A stretch of 64,000 nucleotides of DNA, from sequence record PX068456.1; one strand, 5' to 3'. The notes below the pieces were generated by a model. That model was not told the DNA's origin and searched no databases. It worked only from the letters and a program-made list of their open reading frames with translations. Position 1 is the first letter of the stretch; the number at the start of each line of letters is the position of its first letter. Source of the DNA: a phage. The position numbers and the translations under genes are program-made. Shown here piece after piece: positions 25,757 through 35,139 of the stretch.

Positions 25757-27556
25757 ATGACCCAAAAACTATATGAGGATGTAATCGGATTCCTCGAACA
25801 AACATCCGAAGAATTTACTCGTGAAAATGCAAACAAACCTGCAATGATTGTTAATACTCACCGAGACTTACTAGCAGGTATTCTGAGCAAGCACATGGCA
25901 ATGACCCATATTTTACCGGAAGATTTAGCAGAATGGCATAAAAGCGGGTATGGTCACATTCACGATTTAGATTATTTACTCTCACCTTTAACTAATTGTT
26001 GCCTGGTAAATTACCAAGATATGCTTGAGAACGGTTTCCGTATTGGTAATGCACATATTGAAAAACCAAAATCTATCGGTGTAGCAACTACTGTTCTAAC
26101 TCAAATTATTCAAGCAGTAGCTTCTAGCCAATATGGTGGACAAACTTGTGCACATATTGATACTGGGCTTAGTCAATACGTTAAAGCAAGTTTTAATAAA
26201 ATATATGCCGATGTTGGCGATTATGATATTGCTATGCGTATGGTAGATAAACAGGTCTATGATGCAATGCAAACTTTAATCTACCAGGTGAACACCCTAA
26301 TGAGTGTAAATGGTCAGTCACCTTTTATAACAATTAGTTTAGGTTTGGATACCTCTGCTTTTGGTAGAATGATCACTAAAAACTACCTAATGGTGCACAA
26401 ACAAGGTTTAGGAAAAGATAGGGTAACTCCTGTGTTCCCTAAAGTTATCTTCTTCTTGGAAGATGGTGTTAACATGAAAGCTGGTGATCCAAACTACGAT
26501 TTGAAGCAACTGGCAATGGAGTGTTGTGCTGAACGCATTTATCCTGATTTTATCTCTGTACCTTTAAACAAAGAAGTTACAGGATCTTCAGATGGTCGCG
26601 TCACAAGCATGGGTTGTAGAAGTTTCTTGTCATACTATGCAACAGAGCAAGGTGAAAAATATGATGGTCGTTTCAATTTAGGCGTAGTTTCTTTAAACTT
26701 ACCTATCATTGCAGCAGAGTCCCGTGAAAAGGGCATCTTATTTACTGAACTGTTGGAACAACATATGGAGATGGCGTATAAGGCACATATGCTACGTGTT
26801 AACCGTATTAGACATACCAAAGCATCTCAAAACCCTACATTGTTTATGGAAGGGGCTTTAGCTCGATTAGAAGCTAATGAAGAGATTGGTAAACTATTTG
26901 AAGGTGGTTATGCCTCTATTAGTATCGGTTATGTAGGTTTAGCAGAAGCTATGGAGATTTTATACCCAAATAACACCAATCCAAAAGCAATGGGTAAAAA
27001 CATCCTTCAATATATGAAGGATATCTGTTGCACATTTAAAGAACGTTCTGGTTTAGCTTTTAGTTTGTATGGAACACCAGCAGAATCCTTGTGCTATAAA
27101 TTTGCCAAAGCGTTAAATGATCGCTACCCTGGTTCTATTGATCGTGACTACTTGACAAACTCTTTCCATCAACCTGTATGGATGCACACTACCCCGTTCC
27201 AAAAATGGGATTATGAGGAAGGTTTTGCACAAATTAGTAATGGTGGGAACATAGGTTATGTAGAAACACCGAACCTTAAAAATAACTTGCAAGCACTGGA
27301 AACTCTTGTAGATTATGCCTACAACAAAATTCCTTATTTTGGCGTGAACCAACCTGTAGATCAGTGTTTCAAATGTGGTTTTCATGGTGAATTTAAGGCA
27401 ACAGCTAAAGGCTTCGAGTGTCCAAGTTGTGGAAATCATGAAGAAGAATCCATATCTGTGATCAGAAGAGTGTCAGGATACCTTTCTGCCCCTAACTCTC
27501 GCCCTTATAATAAAGGTAAAATGCAAGAGGTACTAGAAAGGGAGAAACACTTTTGA
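25757..27556 (+). CDS. nrdD: anaerobic ribonucleoside-triphosphate reductase
   Basis: size and N-terminal region; C-terminal Zn site CFKCG...CPSCG and glycyl-radical-type motif RRVSGYL. Confidence 0.8.
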   Translation: MTQKLYEDVIGFLEQTSEEFTRENANKPAMIVNTHRDLLAGILSKHMAMTHILPEDLAEWHKSGYGHIHDLDYLLSPLTNCCLVNYQDMLENGFRIGNAHIEKPKSIGVATTVLTQIIQAVASSQYGGQTCAHIDTGLSQYVKASFNKIYADVGDYDIAMRMVDKQVYDAMQTLIYQVNTLMSVNGQSPFITISLGLDTSAFGRMITKNYLMVHKQGLGKDRVTPVFPKVIFFLEDGVNMKAGDPNYDLKQLAMECCAERIYPDFISVPLNKEVTGSSDGRVTSMGCRSFLSYYATEQGEKYDGRFNLGVVSLNLPIIAAESREKGILFTELLEQHMEMAYKAHMLRVNRIRHTKASQNPTLFMEGALARLEANEEIGKLFEGGYASISIGYVGLAEAMEILYPNNTNPKAMGKNILQYMKDICCTFKERSGLAFSLYGTPAESLCYKFAKALNDRYPGSIDRDYLTNSFHQPVWMHTTPFQKWDYEEGFAQISNGGNIGYVETPNLKNNLQALETLVDYAYNKIPYFGVNQPVDQCFKCGFHGEFKATAKGFECPSCGNHEEESISVIRRVSGYLSAPNSRPYNKGKMQEVLEREKHF

Positions 27557-28023
27557 ATTACGCCGGATATGAACCTGTTGACATGCTCAACGGTGACGGT
27601 GTAAGATGCTCTTTGTGGGTGAGCGGTTGTAGCCACGGTTGCCGTGGCTGCTTTAACCAGAAAGCCTGGTCGTATAACTACGGACAAGAGTTCACTACTG
27701 AAACATTAGATTTTATCTTGGAAGATTTATCTCGACCTTTCATTAAAGGATTAACAGTTTTAGGTGGTGAACCTCTTGACAAAGAGAACATTGACACTGT
27801 AGAGTATGTTCTTGAGAAGGTAAGAGATTGTTTTGGAAACAAAAAAGATATTGTCTTATATACAGGATATCTTTTTGAAGAAATTCCAGAGAAAATTAAA
27901 AAACTGGTTGACATAGTGATAGATGGTAAGTATGATATGAATCAACCAACAACGAAACGTTATAGAGGTTCAGATAATCAACGAATGTGGGTTAAGAAAG
28001 ACAACATTTGGGAATCTGACTAA
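27553..28023 (+). CDS. nrdG: anaerobic ribonucleotide reductase activating protein (radical SAM), TTG start
   Basis: CSHGCRGCFN radical-SAM cysteine motif; overlaps nrdD stop. Confidence 0.75.
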   Translation: MNYAGYEPVDMLNGDGVRCSLWVSGCSHGCRGCFNQKAWSYNYGQEFTTETLDFILEDLSRPFIKGLTVLGGEPLDKENIDTVEYVLEKVRDCFGNKKDIVLYTGYLFEEIPEKIKKLVDIVIDGKYDMNQPTTKRYRGSDNQRMWVKKDNIWESD

Positions 28024-28043
28024 ATTAAATAGAGGAGAAAACT

Positions 28044-29204
28044 ATGTTTACAGTATTCGGCAATCAAATCTTCCTGCGTCAGAAGTCTGGTACAGATATT
28101 GAAGAAATTCCAGCAGGAACTTTTGGTGTAGGTGTTACTCAAAGTGGCGAGTTCTTCCTGTATCCTAAAAATGATATGGAAGTCCCTTCAGTAACATACG
28201 GTGATACTGATGATAAATCAGAACGTATTATCAAGACGTTCCTTAGCCGCAAAGGTAAAAACACAGGTGTTCTCCTTGAGGGTACGAAAGGTAGCGGTAA
28301 AACTTTGCAAGCTAAAATGTTGTCTTCTGCTCTTCGTGAAATGGGTATTCCTACTATTTCTATCGGTAGTGCTTTTAATGGTGAAGGCTTTATCAATTTT
28401 ATGTCTAAAATCACACAACCTGTGATGATTATGATTGATGAATTTGATAAACTGTATGCTGAAAAAGATGCACAAGATGGTTTGCTTACCCTGCTGGATG
28501 GTGTTGGTGGTTATGACAAGCTGTTTGTATTGACTAAAAATGATGGTTATGTATCAGAATTTTTGCGTAATCGTCCTAGCCGTATTTTCTACAGTTTTAG
28601 CTATAAGAAACTACCTAAAGCTACTATGGATGATTATCTGGCTAAAAATCTGGAGAACAAAGCCTTCTTACCAGATTTTGAAACGCTTTATAATCTCTCC
28701 GTGGATTTGAACTTTGATATTGTTCAGTCATTAGTAGAAGAACTTAACCGTTATCCTAATGACAAATTCTCTGATGCACTTGCATTAATGGGTATCAGTA
28801 TTACTGAACACCGCTATGCTGCAAAAGAAGTTAAACTTCTGAAAGTTAACGGTGTAGATCGTACAGCAGATGTTTCGTCAGACACCGATATTGACGGTAT
28901 GACAGCACAAGGTTTGTTTAGCGGTAATCGTTATGTTGTAGCTGTAGATCATAAGTCAGGAGAAGAGCATCTTCCTGAAATGGAAGGGATTGTTACCGTA
29001 GAAGATAAAGATGAAGAAGGTGACTACTACTGGGGTGTAGACCGTATCTTGCTAACGTATGATGAAAAACACATTCGTACAATGGGTGGTGACGGTTATC
29101 ACTTTATGTTCACCGATGATAAAGGTAACAACATTGAAGTTGTTATTAAAAACAAAGAACGTAAAAACTACACAGAGTATGTGTTTGGTGGTCGTTCTTA
29201 CTAA
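28044..29204 (+). CDS. AAA-family ATPase (paralogue of 12937..14064)
   Basis: Walker A GTKGSGKT, Walker B IMIDEFDK; shared N-terminal region with minus-strand paralogue. Confidence 0.65.
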   Translation: MFTVFGNQIFLRQKSGTDIEEIPAGTFGVGVTQSGEFFLYPKNDMEVPSVTYGDTDDKSERIIKTFLSRKGKNTGVLLEGTKGSGKTLQAKMLSSALREMGIPTISIGSAFNGEGFINFMSKITQPVMIMIDEFDKLYAEKDAQDGLLTLLDGVGGYDKLFVLTKNDGYVSEFLRNRPSRIFYSFSYKKLPKATMDDYLAKNLENKAFLPDFETLYNLSVDLNFDIVQSLVEELNRYPNDKFSDALALMGISITEHRYAAKEVKLLKVNGVDRTADVSSDTDIDGMTAQGLFSGNRYVVAVDHKSGEEHLPEMEGIVTVEDKDEEGDYYWGVDRILLTYDEKHIRTMGGDGYHFMFTDDKGNNIEVVIKNKERKNYTEYVFGGRSY

Positions 29205-29209
29205 GTGAT

Positions 29210-29238
29210 AAAAGGAGGCGAAAGCCTCCTTTATTTAT
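29210..29238 (+). terminator. intrinsic terminator AAAAGGAGGCgaaaGCCTCCTTTATTTAT
   Basis: GC stem plus T-run. Confidence 0.55.
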
Positions 29239-29250
29239 ATGGAGGGTATT

Positions 29251-29442
29251 ATGGATCATTATTTTGTTTTTAAAGATAAAGTTGATACCGCAGGTGGTCA
29301 CGTTGCTAAAAATGATCGTGACATTAAAGAAGTATTAGGAGATTTGATTAACATTTTAGAACAAAAAGAGTTGCTTTTAGATAAGGATATTGCTAGACTT
29401 CTGGGTGTGGGGCTAAGTGACATACAAAGATTACCATTCTAA
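29251..29442 (+). CDS. hypothetical small protein (63 aa)
   Basis: ORF track frame; start at ATG 29251 after GGAGGG. Confidence 0.4.
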   Translation: MDHYFVFKDKVDTAGGHVAKNDRDIKEVLGDLINILEQKELLLDKDIARLLGVGLSDIQRLPF

Positions 29443-29453
29443 AGGGGAAGAAA

Positions 29454-29609
29454 ATGCTTACAGATGATGAATATAAAGCTATCCAGGAAAAACTAACGGA
29501 GCTTGAAATTCTTGCTGTCAATATTAAAGATCAATCACATGCTGGAAAGTTACTACATCAAGAGATCAATAAAATTAAGCAGATGATATTCTTTTGGACG
29601 GAGGATTAA
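29454..29609 (+). CDS. hypothetical small protein (51 aa)
   Basis: hand-translated; AAAGGGGAAGAAA RBS. Confidence 0.35.
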   Translation: MLTDDEYKAIQEKLTELEILAVNIKDQSHAGKLLHQEINKIKQMIFFWTED

Positions 29610-29611
29610 AA

Positions 29612-30268
29612 ATGACTGTTAAGCATATTTCTTTTGATGTATGGAATACTCTTATTACTGCTAATCCTTTGTATGCAGAAGAACGCAACAAGGTTATTGC
29701 CGAGTATGCCTCTTGTTCTGAGGCAGAAGCAGCTACCGTATATAAAGAGGTAAAAACTCTCCTGGATTTAAAAGCAGAAAAAGGCATTTGTGGAACGTCT
29801 AGGAATGCTTGGGAAACACTTTCTGCTCGTTTGAACATTGATCTTGATAAAGTAGATGGGTTAAAAAGAGACTGTTTAGCAATGTTTATAAAACATCCTC
29901 CAATATTGAACCCTGAGCTTTGCAAGAAGTTGGAAGAGCTAAGTTCAACCTATTCTTTGAGTATTAAGAGCAATACTAATTTTGTACCAGGTAGTTTCTT
30001 AGCTGTATATTCTGGCTTAACAAAATTACCATTTGATTTTATGCATTTTTCTGATGAGTTTTGCTTGTGTAAACCAGATCCTAGGTTTTTTAAACTCTCT
30101 TTTGATGAAATGGTAACGTTTGATCTCGCACCAGAGGAGATTTTACACGTTGGAGATAGTTTGATTTATGATGGAAAAGCTGTTGACATAGGGATGAAGT
30201 TCTGTCATATTACTAATCCAGAAGACTTGTTGGCTAAACTTAAAAAAGAGGAACTTATTAATGCGTAA
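29612..30268 (+). CDS. HAD-superfamily-like hydrolase (218 aa)
   Basis: N-terminal ISFDVWNTLI (motif I-like, second Asp replaced) and C-terminal HVGDSLIYDG (motif IV-like). Confidence 0.45.
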   Translation: MTVKHISFDVWNTLITANPLYAEERNKVIAEYASCSEAEAATVYKEVKTLLDLKAEKGICGTSRNAWETLSARLNIDLDKVDGLKRDCLAMFIKHPPILNPELCKKLEELSSTYSLSIKSNTNFVPGSFLAVYSGLTKLPFDFMHFSDEFCLCKPDPRFFKLSFDEMVTFDLAPEEILHVGDSLIYDGKAVDIGMKFCHITNPEDLLAKLKKEELINA

Positions 30269-31118
30269 TCAAATTCAACATTTTGCTAATACTTTTACTA
30301 ACCTGAAGGAAGCAAAATTTAACATTGCAGATTATTCCAAACTAAAGTTTGGTAGTAACCAGGCAGCAAAAAGAATGGGACGCATTCTGGCTGAAAGTTT
30401 CTTTTCTAAATATGAAGAACGACTAGTAAATGAAAGTTTTGTTGTTATTCCATCTCCATACAACTATGTGAAAAATGCAGCTACAGTGTTATCTGAACAT
30501 TTTGTAGATCACCTCAACTACCTAATCTCTATCAAAGGAGGTAAAGCAGTAGAGTGGGATATCGTTCATCGTAAAGTGAGTTATATCAATGATTATGGAT
30601 TTCTTAGCAAAGAAGATCGTAAGGCTTTGATCGATGGTGACACTTTCTCTATCAATCGTGATTTCTGGGGTAATAAAACTCTGATTTTCATTGATGATGT
30701 TAATATTACAGGAACACACGAAGAAAAACTTATTGAAATTTTAGACAAAGAAGGTGTTGAAAACGATACGTTTTTTCTGTACTTTGCAAAGTATGAAGGT
30801 ACAGAAGCCAACACCGAAGCTGCACTTAACTTCAACTATATCAATAACCTGGCAGCTTTTATTAAAATGATTAAGCAAGAAACTGATGCTAAATGTTTGG
30901 TTCGTCCTATTAAGTATCTAATGAGTCAAAGCGAAGTTGATTTTAAAATTGCACTTTCACAACTTCCTTTGTATTATGTAGAACAACTGTTCTTTGGTTG
31001 CCTTGCAGAAGGTTACAATAATATTGAAAAATACAAAGAGAACTTTGATTTCCTGCGTCAATTTTTTGAAAGCAACATTATCAACAAATCTAATGTTAAA
31101 GGGGATTATTATGTCTAA
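30261..31118 (+). CDS. type I phosphoribosyltransferase (PRTase) family protein (285 aa)
   Basis: PRPP-binding signature LIFIDDVNITGTHEE. Confidence 0.55.
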   Translation: MRNQIQHFANTFTNLKEAKFNIADYSKLKFGSNQAAKRMGRILAESFFSKYEERLVNESFVVIPSPYNYVKNAATVLSEHFVDHLNYLISIKGGKAVEWDIVHRKVSYINDYGFLSKEDRKALIDGDTFSINRDFWGNKTLIFIDDVNITGTHEEKLIEILDKEGVENDTFFLYFAKYEGTEANTEAALNFNYINNLAAFIKMIKQETDAKCLVRPIKYLMSQSEVDFKIALSQLPLYYVEQLFFGCLAEGYNNIEKYKENFDFLRQFFESNIINKSNVKGDYYV

Positions 31119-31827
31119 TAAAGTGACGACTTTCGGAGATCCTATCACCAATATTACAGAAAAAGATTTTGGGCGTGTAGCAACAGATAAAGATGGTGTC
31201 TTAAGAATTCGTGTACAAGGCATTACAGCACAGGATGAATATGCTGTGTATGTTTCAGGTCTTAATTATATTGATGATCGCATCACACAAAACTTTGCAC
31301 TGATCGGTGGTGTAGAGAAAATGTACTGGGAAGATGAAATTGTAACAAGTTATCCAGCAGGTATCATTGAGGTATACGGTGATCTTTTAGCAGCAGCCGA
31401 GAGAGGCGATATCGACGCTATAGCACACTGCTGTAACTGTTTTTGCACTATGGGTAGTGGTATTGCACCAAAAATTAAAAGCAAGTGGCCTGGTGCGTTT
31501 AAAGCAGATTGTGCCACTAAACGTGGTGATTATAAAAAATTAGGTACGTTTACTAAGTATACAGAAAACAATTTGACAATTTATAATTTATATGGACAAT
31601 ATGGTTATAGTCGTCGTGAGGAAGGTAAGCGTGACCTGAATTATGAAGCTATCTACAATGCGTTAGATAGTATGGGAGACGATGTTGTATCTTCAGGCGG
31701 TAAAATTGTAGGTTTACCAATGCTTGGTTGTGGTTTGGCTGGAGGTTCTTGGAATATTGTAAAACTTATGATCGAAGAAACTCTAGTAAACAAAGGTTTA
31801 AATGTAATTGTTTACAAACTGAAATAA
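31111..31827 (+). CDS. macro-domain protein (ADP-ribose binding/processing) with ~100 aa N-terminal extension
   Basis: GDIDAIAHCCN and GLPMLGCGLAGGSW resemble macro-domain GDIT..DAIVNAAN and P.I.tGvyG motifs. Confidence 0.45.
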   Translation: MSNKVTTFGDPITNITEKDFGRVATDKDGVLRIRVQGITAQDEYAVYVSGLNYIDDRITQNFALIGGVEKMYWEDEIVTSYPAGIIEVYGDLLAAAERGDIDAIAHCCNCFCTMGSGIAPKIKSKWPGAFKADCATKRGDYKKLGTFTKYTENNLTIYNLYGQYGYSRREEGKRDLNYEAIYNALDSMGDDVVSSGGKIVGLPMLGCGLAGGSWNIVKLMIEETLVNKGLNVIVYKLK

Positions 31828-31836
31828 GGAGAAAGT

Positions 31837-32043
31837 ATGGCAGGTGTTTTAGCAGTATTAGGTTGTTTTATTGTTGTATTCTTGATTGTGTTAATCCCTA
31901 GTTGGCTACTGCTTTTAGCATACAACTATATGATTGACATTATCGGTTTAGACTGGCATCATGTTCCTGTAACGTTTTGGAGTGTAGTCTGTGTGACGTT
32001 CATTCTTGCGGTACTTCGTGGTATCTTTCAATCTAACAAATAA
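31837..32043 (+). CDS. small membrane protein (68 aa)
   Basis: ORF track; two hydrophobic helices; RBS AAGGAGAAAGT. Confidence 0.45.
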   Translation: MAGVLAVLGCFIVVFLIVLIPSWLLLLAYNYMIDIIGLDWHHVPVTFWSVVCVTFILAVLRGIFQSNK

Positions 32044-32057
32044 GAGAGGATTTTTAT

Positions 32058-32306
32058 ATGCGTAAAGTAAATGTTGAAGTGCTTGAAAAATTTATAAACA
32101 CTCGTGATTGTACTGTTGGTAAGGTTTATGAGGCTATTCTCCTTGAAGATGGAGATATTGTTCCTGCCCCGTATCACGCCTTTAATGGCCAGGTTAGCAA
32201 AGTGGAAGGTGGTCTTGCTGTTTGCTTTATTGATGATGTAGGTGATGCTGTAGCTTTCCCTATCATTAACAAAGAAGATAAACTTAAAATTACAGAACTG
32301 AACTAG
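32058..32306 (+). CDS. hypothetical protein (82 aa)
   Basis: ORF track. Confidence 0.45.
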   Translation: MRKVNVEVLEKFINTRDCTVGKVYEAILLEDGDIVPAPYHAFNGQVSKVEGGLAVCFIDDVGDAVAFPIINKEDKLKITELN

Positions 32307-32346
32307 TTGACTTTCTTTAAAAACAGTTTATAGTATACGACATAGA

Positions 32347-32365
32347 GCGGAGGATTGTCCTCCGC
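32347..32365 (+). promoter_or_regulatory. stem-loop GCGGAGGAttgTCCTCCGC upstream of TerC-like gene
   Basis: perfect 8-bp inverted repeat, no clear U-tract. Confidence 0.35.
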
Positions 32366-32383
32366 ATTAAAGAGGAGAAAAGA

Positions 32384-33361
32384 ATGCAACTGGGTTTCCC
32401 AATTATTGATGTGGTTGTTTTAGTGGGTATTTTAGTCTTGTCGATTTGTATTGATTTCTTTGGACACAGGGAAAACAAAGAAATTTCATTTAAATCTGCA
32501 ATTGGCTGGTCAATTTTCTGGATTGGGGTATCATTAGCCTACTATGGTTTTGTATACTTCCAACACGGTGCTGATTTTGCGAGCTTGTTCTTGAGTGGGT
32601 ATGTGTTGGAGAAATCTCTTTCTGTAGATAACTTAGTAGTATTTGTGGCAGTATTCGCAAGTTTTGGTATTAAAAGTACACACTTGCAACACAAGATTCT
32701 ACTTTGGGGTATTGCAGGTGCGATTGTCTTCCGAGGTGTGTTTGTAGCAGTAGGTACTTACTTGTTGAGTTTGGGCTGGTATGTTAATATCTTCTTCGGT
32801 GCGGTCATCCTTTTCTGTGCAGCTAAAATGGTATTCGCTGGAGATAATGACGCAGAAGTTGATTACTCTAAACACTGGGCTACTCGCATTGTTCGTAAGC
32901 TGTTCCCTGTATCTGATCAGATGGATGGTGAGAAGTTCTTCACAATCAAAAATGGTGTTCGTGTAGCAACTCCTGCATTGGTTTGTGTGTTTGTAATGGA
33001 AATGGTTGACGTAATCTTTGCAGTAGACTCTGTTCCAGCAGTAATTGCAGTGACACAAGAACCTCTGCTTGTATTTTCTTCAATGCTGTGTGCAATTTTA
33101 GGTCTACGTGCTCTGTTCTTTGTCCTTAGTGTTGCACTGAAATATTTGGTTCATCTGGAGAAAGCAGTTATCGTAGTCCTGGTATTTGTGGGTGTAAAAC
33201 TGATGTATCACCCGTTTGCAGAAACTCTGCACGCAAAAATGAGTTTCCTGCCAGCACACATTGATCCGACGATCAGTATGTATATTGTGTTAGGTACTCT
33301 TGGGCTGGGTGTTATTGCAAGTTTAATCTTCCCTGAAAAAGAAGACCAGACTGTTGCTTAA
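32384..33361 (+). CDS. TerC-family integral membrane protein
   Basis: hallmark EKSLSVDN motif, multiple TM helices, size 325 aa. Confidence 0.7.
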   Translation: MQLGFPIIDVVVLVGILVLSICIDFFGHRENKEISFKSAIGWSIFWIGVSLAYYGFVYFQHGADFASLFLSGYVLEKSLSVDNLVVFVAVFASFGIKSTHLQHKILLWGIAGAIVFRGVFVAVGTYLLSLGWYVNIFFGAVILFCAAKMVFAGDNDAEVDYSKHWATRIVRKLFPVSDQMDGEKFFTIKNGVRVATPALVCVFVMEMVDVIFAVDSVPAVIAVTQEPLLVFSSMLCAILGLRALFFVLSVALKYLVHLEKAVIVVLVFVGVKLMYHPFAETLHAKMSFLPAHIDPTISMYIVLGTLGLGVIASLIFPEKEDQTVA

Positions 33362-33366
33362 TTCAT

Positions 33367-33385
33367 TAAGCCCCTTCGGGGGCTT
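33367..33385 (+). terminator. hairpin AAGCCCCttcgGGGGCTTT
   Basis: GC stem with short T-run after TerC gene. Confidence 0.4.
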
Positions 33386-33400
33386 TGTTGAGGTGATCTG

Positions 33401-33607
33401 ATGGTGGTTTTACGTGTTCTTTGGATTCTGTTTGAAAATATTTGTTTTGCTTTAGGGCTATTTTGTTTGATTTTTATATTGACAACATATATTGATAACC
33501 ATACAATTACTATCAACAGGAACGGAGAACAGATGTATTGTTTCTCTAGAGATTTTAAAAATTGTGTTGAGACTTTAAATGAGAGGGTTACAAATGAAAA
33601 ACATTAA
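33401..33607 (+). CDS. small hydrophobic protein (68 aa)
   Basis: ORF track; RBS GAGGTGA; overlaps next gene start. Confidence 0.35.
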   Translation: MVVLRVLWILFENICFALGLFCLIFILTTYIDNHTITINRNGEQMYCFSRDFKNCVETLNERVTNEKH

Positions 33608-34184
33608 ATCTTTTATTGTTGCAGTTGTTTTAGGCAGTGCATTGCTGGTAGGTTGTGATGATTCTGAAAATGTACAAAACCAACGTTACCAACAAACACC
33701 AAATCAGATGGTAGATGAACAATATGTAAATCAACCTGCACCTCAAGTTGTTCAAGCAGCACCTGCACAACCTTCAACAGTTGTTGTGCAAGGAGGCGGC
33801 AGTGGTTCTTCTGGTGTAGGTGAGTTTGCTACAGGTATGCTTCTTGGTCATATGTTGAGTGGTAATAGTGGCGGTGGTGGTTATAGAGATGGTGGTAGCA
33901 ATACAACAGTTATTAATAACAACGCTGCTCCTACAACTAACAGTAAAGCATATACAACACAAAAGCATAGTTTTTATGATAAACAAGGGAATACATATAC
34001 AACCACTAAACAAAACACAATTAAGCAGCAAAGTGTACAAACGTATTCACGCCCATCAACAACAAAAGTGAATAGTAATTACTCTGCTCGTAAGTCTTAC
34101 TCAAGCCCTATTAGCTCTTATAGTAAGTCTTCGAAAAGTTATTCTTCGTCGAAACGTAGTTTTAGTAGCTCACGTCGTCGTTAA
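33594..34184 (+). CDS. putative lipoprotein with Gly/Ser-rich low-complexity tail
   Basis: signal peptide with lipobox LLVGC; Ser-Tyr-Lys repeats at C-terminus. Confidence 0.5.
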   Translation: MKNIKSFIVAVVLGSALLVGCDDSENVQNQRYQQTPNQMVDEQYVNQPAPQVVQAAPAQPSTVVVQGGGSGSSGVGEFATGMLLGHMLSGNSGGGGYRDGGSNTTVINNNAAPTTNSKAYTTQKHSFYDKQGNTYTTTKQNTIKQQSVQTYSRPSTTKVNSNYSARKSYSSPISSYSKSSKSYSSSKRSFSSSRRR

Positions 34185-34219
34185 TAATTTAATACAGATT
34201 AAATAAGAAGGAGAAACAG

Positions 34220-35071
34220 ATGAAACTAGAAGTTGGTAAAGTGTATCGCCTGGAAGGTTGGATCTTTAATCAAGAAATTCTTGAGAAGAATAAGGATGGT
34301 TTTGAGTTTGTTGGTACTACCAAAGAAAGTATGCACGATGACGAATACTGTAAATTCGTTGGTAAAAATACAGGTCAAGAACAATTTTGCTTTAAAAGCG
34401 CAATCGGTGATTATGCTTCTGTAATGCCAACGCCAGAAAAAACTTCGAAACAATATACTGTCTTTGGTGTAAAACTTGAAGAGCTTGTAGAACACCCACG
34501 TTTTGAAGAGTTTAAGGTTGCTGCAATGTGCAAGCATTCTGAAATTAAGATACATAATTTGTTTGATTTAGAAGATCGGTTTGATATCTTTATGTATGAT
34601 CGCAGGGGAAAGCATTTTGATGCAACGACTTCAAAATTTGCTGCAACAGAGGATATTAAAATCCTTGATGTTGATACCTTTCTTGAGAGTGTATCGTTTG
34701 TATTCATTCCTAAATGCAAAAAACGTAGTGATCATAAACGTGTGAAAGGAACTCCTCGTAAAAAACGTACTGTAAACAAAGCAACTTTGCACTTCACTTC
34801 TGGTGATAAATATACTCTCAAAGGGTTTGAAAGTGTTTTGTATGATGCTGGAACGGGTAATATCAAGTTTATCATTAAGGCAACCTACAAAGGTACGGTA
34901 TTGCACGAAGAGGCTGTTACACTACCTGTATTCGATATCTCTCGTGTTGAGGTACGGGGTGTTAAAGAGTCCTTCGATCTGGATTTCTTAACCACTAATG
35001 CTACTGGTTATGTTAATCTGGAAGCAGATGGAGCATTTATTACTACAAATTATTTAGATATGTTTGTTTAA
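34220..35071 (+). CDS. hypothetical protein (283 aa)
   Basis: ORF track; RBS AAGAAGGAGAAACAG. Confidence 0.5.
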   Translation: MKLEVGKVYRLEGWIFNQEILEKNKDGFEFVGTTKESMHDDEYCKFVGKNTGQEQFCFKSAIGDYASVMPTPEKTSKQYTVFGVKLEELVEHPRFEEFKVAAMCKHSEIKIHNLFDLEDRFDIFMYDRRGKHFDATTSKFAATEDIKILDVDTFLESVSFVFIPKCKKRSDHKRVKGTPRKKRTVNKATLHFTSGDKYTLKGFESVLYDAGTGNIKFIIKATYKGTVLHEEAVTLPVFDISRVEVRGVKESFDLDFLTTNATGYVNLEADGAFITTNYLDMFV

Positions 35072-35139
35072 TACTTAATTTGTGTTATGATGGTGGTACA
35101 GAGGTATCACCATCTACTAAAGAATATGGAGGAAATTGA

